Below, in pieces: positions 58,947-64,000 of a stretch of DNA of 64,000 nucleotides. The translations under genes and the position numbers were made by a program. Every line of letters starts with the position of its first letter. The first letter of the stretch is position 1. Origin of the DNA: a plasmid; the sequence record NZ_CP082221.1; one strand, written 5' to 3'. The notes under the pieces are model-generated. The model did no database searches. It was not told where the DNA came from and saw nothing but the letters and a program-made list of their open reading frames with translations.

Positions 58947-60140
58947 GTGTGTCCAAATTGTACAATGGGCATACTTATGACTGTAAACTTTGTTAATTTA
59001 AATTCTAAAAAAGACTTTATAATCAATAGATTATATGAAAACCTACCAAAAAAACCTTACTGTACCAGTGACTTCTTCGGATTAAAGATTCGTGACAAGA
59101 AACAAGCTATACGTCACTCACATATACAAATTAATCATCCGAATTTTAAAAGATATATAGTTATTGATGCTGATTATCCAGGCGCAGCAACAGCTTGGCG
59201 GTATGATTTTGATGACAATATTCCAGTACCAAATTTAATTGTAGTTAATCCAGAAAATACTCATTGCCATTTTTACTATGAACTTGAAGCTCCAGTAAGT
59301 TTTACTGAAAGTTCCAGCAAGAGAGCTCAAGAATTTTATAATTCAGTTTCTAAAAAGCTCACTGAAGTATTAAAAGGTGACAGCAAGTACGTGGGACTAA
59401 TAGCAAAGAATCCTGCACATGAAAAATGGATTGTAGAAGTACCACGATTAGAAAAGTATTCATTGCATGAACTTGTTGAACATTTAGAACTTAAGCCACA
59501 TGAATACAGAAATATAAATTCAGAAAAACCCGGTATAGAGAAATTTGTAATTAACGGCCGTAATGATCATCTATTTAACGAAATACGGCATCAAGCATAT
59601 ATCGACATTAGAAGTTATAGAAGTAAAACATTTGTTGAGTGGTTTGATCATGTAAAAAGCTTATTAATAAATGCAAATAAGAATTTTAGCGTTCCGCTAC
59701 CATATTCAGAAGTTTGTGCTACAGCAAAATCAATCGCAAAATATTGTTGGAAAAAAGATAGCTACTGCTTTCAAGAGTTTTGTGAAAGGCAACATATTAA
59801 AGCAAAGAAAGGTGGACGTGCAAAATCCGATAAATATGTTGAAATGAGGCGCACGGCTGCGCGTTTATTGCGTTCTGGTAAAACTAAAACCTATATATCA
59901 GAATTACTTCAAGTATCGTACAGAAGCGTTCTCCGTTGGCTTCAAGGCATAAAAGTACAAGCTGCAATAATGCATTTATCAGAATTAAAAAAGTTATGTG
60001 ACAATGCCCAAAATCAGATATTAGCCTGCTTCATTGCTTCTTTAATCGTTATTATTTTAGATGAGCACATTTATGATTTTAATGAATCTGAAGAATTAAA
60101 AATTACCATCAAATTCAAATTAAAAGTTCCAATTCAATAA
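58947..60140 (+). CDS. rep: plasmid replication initiator (replicase/primase-type, not Rep_3)
   Basis: Similarity from memory to the Replicase family (IAKNPAHEKW; HCHFYYEL). The exact start Met is uncertain. Confidence 0.5.
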   Translation: MCPNCTMGILMTVNFVNLNSKKDFIINRLYENLPKKPYCTSDFFGLKIRDKKQAIRHSHIQINHPNFKRYIVIDADYPGAATAWRYDFDDNIPVPNLIVVNPENTHCHFYYELEAPVSFTESSSKRAQEFYNSVSKKLTEVLKGDSKYVGLIAKNPAHEKWIVEVPRLEKYSLHELVEHLELKPHEYRNINSEKPGIEKFVINGRNDHLFNEIRHQAYIDIRSYRSKTFVEWFDHVKSLLINANKNFSVPLPYSEVCATAKSIAKYCWKKDSYCFQEFCERQHIKAKKGGRAKSDKYVEMRRTAARLLRSGKTKTYISELLQVSYRSVLRWLQGIKVQAAIMHLSELKKLCDNAQNQILACFIASLIVIILDEHIYDFNESEELKITIKFKLKVPIQ

Positions 60141-60177
60141 TTGCAGCACTTTGATTGATTTTTTTTAGTATAGTATG
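60141..60177 (+). promoter_or_regulatory. promoter with conserved box TTGCAGCACTTTGATTG ... TAGTAT
   Basis: Third copy of the box. Confidence 0.45.
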
Positions 60178-60211
60178 TTCATTGCTTACGATGTTTTACG
60201 GTGAACTATAG

Positions 60212-60451
60212 ATGGAAAATCTTTATTTTTTTAACGAGAGAAATAAATATCTTAAAGATATCAAATATTTAATATTTTTACTTCTACAAAATTCTATTGA
60301 AGATGCCTCTATTGAGCATCAAAAATTGATATCTATGTCAGTAAGGATATTAAATAACGGTGTCCTATATAAGATGGACTTTTCTAGTCTAATTTCTTTT
60401 AAAAATGAACTTATAAATCTAAATAAGGAACTCAATAATGGTAACAAATAA
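60212..60451 (+). CDS. small protein (79 aa), possible antitoxin partner
   Basis: Overlaps the next gene by 14 nt. Confidence 0.4.
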   Translation: MENLYFFNERNKYLKDIKYLIFLLLQNSIEDASIEHQKLISMSVRILNNGVLYKMDFSSLISFKNELINLNKELNNGNK

Positions 60452-61520
60452 TTTTGAAAATTCTCTAAATTCTAGTTTGAATTCGGAAGAAAGCATTAAT
60501 CAACAATTTACTCAATTTGTAGATAAGTATTTTAGTTTTTCTAAAGCTTTAGCTGTTAGTCAAGAAACTCCAACAGCTATATTAACTGTGGGTACTCATG
60601 ATTCAGGTAAAGACGTAATCGTTGCACAAGCACAAGATGAATTAAATAAAAAAGGTGGTTCAATTTTAATTGACCAATCAATTTTTAAAGTTGCGGATCC
60701 GCAACAAGATAAAGACCATTCAATTCATCAATTGATTTCTACTATTAGTAATGAAAAATATAATTTGCTTTTAAATCATGAATTTAAAAATGAAAATGTT
60801 TTAAATGATATTACTGAATCGCTTAAGAGTAAAAATTATACGATTGAAATCAGAGCAGTATCTTCATTCCCCCCTAATGAAAACTCTTTAGATAAAAATA
60901 CACATCCTGAAACTTTAAGAGCAATAGAAGAATTAGAAAATTCAAAAGTTGTGGATAGTTTTAAAGTTTATGATCGTGTTGGTAAAGAAATTTACTCAAA
61001 CATGCGTAATGATGAAGGGGTATGGAACCAAAAAAAAGCTGGTTTAAATATCTATAATCAAGAAACGAATAAAACTTTATCTAAAACGGAGGCTGATTAT
61101 AATTTGCTGACGCAACAACAATTAAAAGAAATTGAAAATGCTCATCTAACAATTAATCCACGTGAAAACCAAAATAAAAATATAAACGGGAAATCAGAAA
61201 AGAACTTAGAAATAAATTTAGACCCACCAAAGATTATTAAAGATCCTGGTTCATTTAGAGATGTAGTACATGGTATCGTGACGGATGAGTCTGAAAGGGA
61301 TTTTACACTCAAAATCAATAACTTGGTTGGAATAAAATACAGTAAAGATCAATTAAAGGATCAACTCGAAAAAGACAATAACTTTTATCGTGGACGAGAG
61401 TTATTTATTAATCATGCTGGGGATATACCGCAATTAATGAATGAAAAGGAAATACAAGATTTTCATATTACTCAAGAACAAAGCTTACAACATGATGTTG
61501 GCGTAGAACTAGACAGATAA
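60438..61520 (+). CDS. zeta-toxin-like P-loop-fold protein with degenerate Walker A plus C-terminal extension
   Basis: LTVGTHDSGKD, IDQSIFKVADPQ, YNLLLNHEFKN and KNYTIEIRAVSS parallel zeta/PezT blocks (GGQPGAGKT, IDGDTFR..HP, YNLVIEGTGRT, KGYETKMYVMAV). Confidence 0.5.
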   Translation: MVTNNFENSLNSSLNSEESINQQFTQFVDKYFSFSKALAVSQETPTAILTVGTHDSGKDVIVAQAQDELNKKGGSILIDQSIFKVADPQQDKDHSIHQLISTISNEKYNLLLNHEFKNENVLNDITESLKSKNYTIEIRAVSSFPPNENSLDKNTHPETLRAIEELENSKVVDSFKVYDRVGKEIYSNMRNDEGVWNQKKAGLNIYNQETNKTLSKTEADYNLLTQQQLKEIENAHLTINPRENQNKNINGKSEKNLEINLDPPKIIKDPGSFRDVVHGIVTDESERDFTLKINNLVGIKYSKDQLKDQLEKDNNFYRGRELFINHAGDIPQLMNEKEIQDFHITQEQSLQHDVGVELDR

Positions 61521-61535
61521 TTTGGAGTTACTAAT

Positions 61536-62801
61536 ATGAAACTATTATTTGGTGAAGATGTAATTAGTAGTGATTTTGAAGGACTACAATCATTATTAAA
61601 ACAATACTATGAGAAGCGGAAACGTCCACTTTGTTTATGTACTAATAATGGTGTTGAAATGTACATAGCAAAAATAAATGAAAGTTATATTCTAAAAAGA
61701 ATGCCTAAAACAGGTGGAAGACATTCACCAGTCTGTTTAAGTTTTGAGCCTCCTGAAGAACTTTCCGGGCTTGGAGAGGTACAAGGACAGGCAATACAAG
61801 AAAATCCTGAAGATGGTACTACAAATTTAAAATTAGATTTCAGTTTAACTAAAATGCCAGGTAAAGCTCCGCCAGCCCCTTCTGGAGCAGATAGTGACTC
61901 GGTAAGAACTGATGGAAAAAAACTTACATTACGTGGATTACTTCATTATCTTTTTGAAGAAGCTAAGTTAAATTATTTCAATCCAGACATTCCGAAGAGA
62001 AATTGGTATACAGTAAGAAAAGCACTGCTTAATGCTAGTGATTCTAAAATCGCCAAAAGAGCTTCATTAACCGATAATCTCTATATTCCTGAAACATATA
62101 ATGATCAGAAGAAAAAAGAAATAATAGCAAGAAGAAATGAAAAAATGGCCCATATGAATACGGGCAAAGCATCACAAAACCTCATGATTTTAATAGGAAT
62201 AGTTAAAGAAATTTCAGAAGCCAGATACGATTTCAAAATGGTTATAAAGCATTGTCCAGATTTCCATTTTTTTATGAATAAGGATCTACATAAAAGAATA
62301 TTTAAACGGTTCCAAGAGGACTTAGAGCTTTGGGGTGCTCACGAAAACTCTCAATTAATTACTATCTCAACTTTTACTAGAGGAATTTCTGGTGTAGCTA
62401 ATTTAGAAGAAGTTAGTTTAATTGTTGTAAATGAACAGTGGATTCCTTATGAGAATATGTATGAATATGATCTTATAAATGAAATGATCAGAGAAAATAG
62501 ACCTTTTATTAAAGGGTTGCGTTACAATCTGGATAGAAAAAAACCGTTGTCGAGTTTAGTGGCTCTTGATACTTTGCCTGTTCCTACGGCAATGTATATC
62601 ATTCCGGCAGCACAATCTCACACGTATAAAGAAAGTGTAGTTAATTTGATTGAAGCTAGTGAATATGAAGGTTGGATATGGGAGGCTGAAATGGCGATGC
62701 CTGATCTTCCAAAACTTGGATTATTAACTACAGATTCAGAAATTTTAGAGGACAATTTAAAACCAAATGAGCAGTTATTCGATACAAATCGGACAAGTTA
62801 A
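61536..62801 (+). CDS. hypothetical protein (421 aa)
   Basis: Long ORF with a GGAG SD. Confidence 0.55.
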   Translation: MKLLFGEDVISSDFEGLQSLLKQYYEKRKRPLCLCTNNGVEMYIAKINESYILKRMPKTGGRHSPVCLSFEPPEELSGLGEVQGQAIQENPEDGTTNLKLDFSLTKMPGKAPPAPSGADSDSVRTDGKKLTLRGLLHYLFEEAKLNYFNPDIPKRNWYTVRKALLNASDSKIAKRASLTDNLYIPETYNDQKKKEIIARRNEKMAHMNTGKASQNLMILIGIVKEISEARYDFKMVIKHCPDFHFFMNKDLHKRIFKRFQEDLELWGAHENSQLITISTFTRGISGVANLEEVSLIVVNEQWIPYENMYEYDLINEMIRENRPFIKGLRYNLDRKKPLSSLVALDTLPVPTAMYIIPAAQSHTYKESVVNLIEASEYEGWIWEAEMAMPDLPKLGLLTTDSEILEDNLKPNEQLFDTNRTS

Positions 62802-63291
62802 GGGTTTATATGATGTATTTCTCGAAACTTGTGTACCAAAAAATTCTCCCCAATATCCAGAGCTTCAGAAAATCGGTGATGATTTTCTAAATAAAGTCGT
62901 GATGGAGGACCCTGATTATCATAATAGTCAGGTCTTCACTATTTTGAGTCAAGTAGCTGTTCCCGAAATTCAAAATAGACTTAAACGTCTTGAGTCCAAA
63001 GCAAAAAATAAAGATTTTGAAAAAAATTATTTTGATTGGAATTATATTGAGAGAGGGGTTGTTCAAGAAAGAAAGGACTTTATTAATGCTATCCATCTAA
63101 AGCAAATATATGAAAAAACAAAAAAACTTTATGAAGCTCAGAATGGTGAAGAGCTTACAAGTAGTATATATGCAGATCTCTTGAACGCGAATCCTCAAAA
63201 TCTCAGAAGAATGCTTACACATAAAAGAGAAATTGATACTCGTCTATTAGAAGAGGCAAAAAAGTGTCTTGAAAAACTTTCTACTAAATAA
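62767..63291 (+). CDS. hypothetical protein
   Basis: Overlaps the upstream gene by 35 nt. The start is uncertain. Confidence 0.45.
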   Translation: MSSYSIQIGQVKGLYDVFLETCVPKNSPQYPELQKIGDDFLNKVVMEDPDYHNSQVFTILSQVAVPEIQNRLKRLESKAKNKDFEKNYFDWNYIERGVVQERKDFINAIHLKQIYEKTKKLYEAQNGEELTSSIYADLLNANPQNLRRMLTHKREIDTRLLEEAKKCLEKLSTK

Positions 63292-63336
63292 TTTTTTTTG
63301 GTATGATTTACTCGTATGATTTAGATTAGAAATATC

Positions 63337-63717
63337 ATGGTTGATGAAACTCGTTATATTCCGGTTAAAGTTTTAAGACAGGGCAATATTTATTATTTAA
63401 ATTGCGAAGCGTTTGATATTGTAGAAAAATCAAGCAATTTACTACATTGTATTGAACAAATGAAAAACAGGATTATCGAAAAAGTGGTCGCTCTGCACCA
63501 TGCTGGAGAAAAATTACCAGTATTTGATCTTTACAAAAGTTTAAAAAGTGGCGGGATTTTATTAGAAATTCCGAGTAGTTGCTTTGATGATACATTAGAA
63601 AGAGTTACTTTAACTTTACCTAAGAGTGTTATTACTGGAATTGATGCCGTTTCTCCAAATAGAAGCGCAAAGTTTACACAATTGGCTAAAGAATTTATTG
63701 ACGGAGATAATAAGTAA
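63337..63717 (+). CDS. hypothetical protein (126 aa)
   Basis: ORF followed by the palindrome-terminator. Confidence 0.45.
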   Translation: MVDETRYIPVKVLRQGNIYYLNCEAFDIVEKSSNLLHCIEQMKNRIIEKVVALHHAGEKLPVFDLYKSLKSGGILLEIPSSCFDDTLERVTLTLPKSVITGIDAVSPNRSAKFTQLAKEFIDGDNK

Positions 63718-63719
63718 AA

Positions 63720-63752
63720 GTAGCTGTTGCGGATCCGCAACAGTTATTTTTT
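63720..63752 (+). terminator. CTGTTGCGGATCCGCAACAG hairpin + T8 (scattered palindrome doubling as terminator)
   Basis: 20-bp perfect palindrome followed by TTATTTTTTTTG. Confidence 0.5.
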
Positions 63753-63870
63753 TTGTTTAAATATACAGAACCGTCTGTTAGTATAGCTAAATAATAAACA
63801 GTTTGTTTTAAGTATGTTTTAGTAGTATAATCTACGCAATTAATGAGCAGAAATGCTTAAGGAGTTCAAG

Positions 63871-64000
63871 ATGGTAGAAACCATTCAATTTCTAGCTTTC
63901 CCAGATAATATCCTAAATTTTAAAAGTCACTTAGACTTTGAAACCCTCATTCTTAATTTGCCTGAAAAAATAGTTCAGGACTTAGATCAGAGTATTGCGA
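63871..64000 (+). CDS. 5' part of a gene running off the window
   Basis: parA-like promoter (63817-63839) plus motif B GAGCAGAAATGCTTAAGGAG, then ATG 63871. Confidence 0.4.
   Translation, partial: MVETIQFLAFPDNILNFKSHLDFETLILNLPEKIVQDLDQSIA

Noticed and set aside
1-64000. Searched for pdif/XerC-XerD sites, IS elements, transposases, integrons and resistance genes
   Set aside because: No 11-6-11 XerC/D-like sites, no DDE or serine transposase genes, no intI/attC, and no recognisable resistance determinants were found. The scattered palindrome lacks the asymmetric 6-bp spacer of dif sites.

Overview
This window is an AT-rich (about 35% GC) conjugative-plasmid backbone of Acinetobacter type. 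It carries parA-parB at the left end, a complete F-like (MPF-F, SXT/IncH-flavoured) type IV secretion operon from traA to traG (about 31.9-52.2 kb), a TraD coupling protein and a TrwC/TraI-type MobF relaxase (20.8-26.3 kb) beside a candidate oriT (about 19.9 kb), a HigB/HigA-like toxin-antitoxin pair, a serine resolvase, a lone umuC, a replicase-type rep gene (58.9-60.1 kb) and a zeta-toxin-like gene. No IS elements, resistance genes, CRISPR arrays or rRNA/tRNA genes were seen.

Several signals are not explained by ordinary gene annotation:
- A recurring promoter/5'-leader module heads about 30 genes. It has a TATAAT -10, a 5'-terminal stem-loop GAAATC-GGATAGGCT-GATTTC, then a 5-bp hairpin (often with a GNRA loop) directly abutting the Shine-Dalgarno. 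Both stems show compensatory base changes.
- A dense one-directional array of these small self-terminated cassettes (6.5-19.4 kb) is transcribed toward oriT. It lies exactly where a leading-region establishment/anti-defence island would be expected.
- A 16-bp perfect palindrome GTTGCGGATCCGCAAC recurs 11 times (plus half sites) about every 6 kb, in both genes and spacers, reminiscent of KorB/ParB operator scattering.
- A 423-bp GC-rich, hairpin-rich noncoding element is present in two near-identical copies.
- A shared promoter box TTGCAGCACTTTGAT lies upstream of the tra operon, rep and the zeta-like operon.
- Two paralogous membrane HExxH proteins flank umuC.
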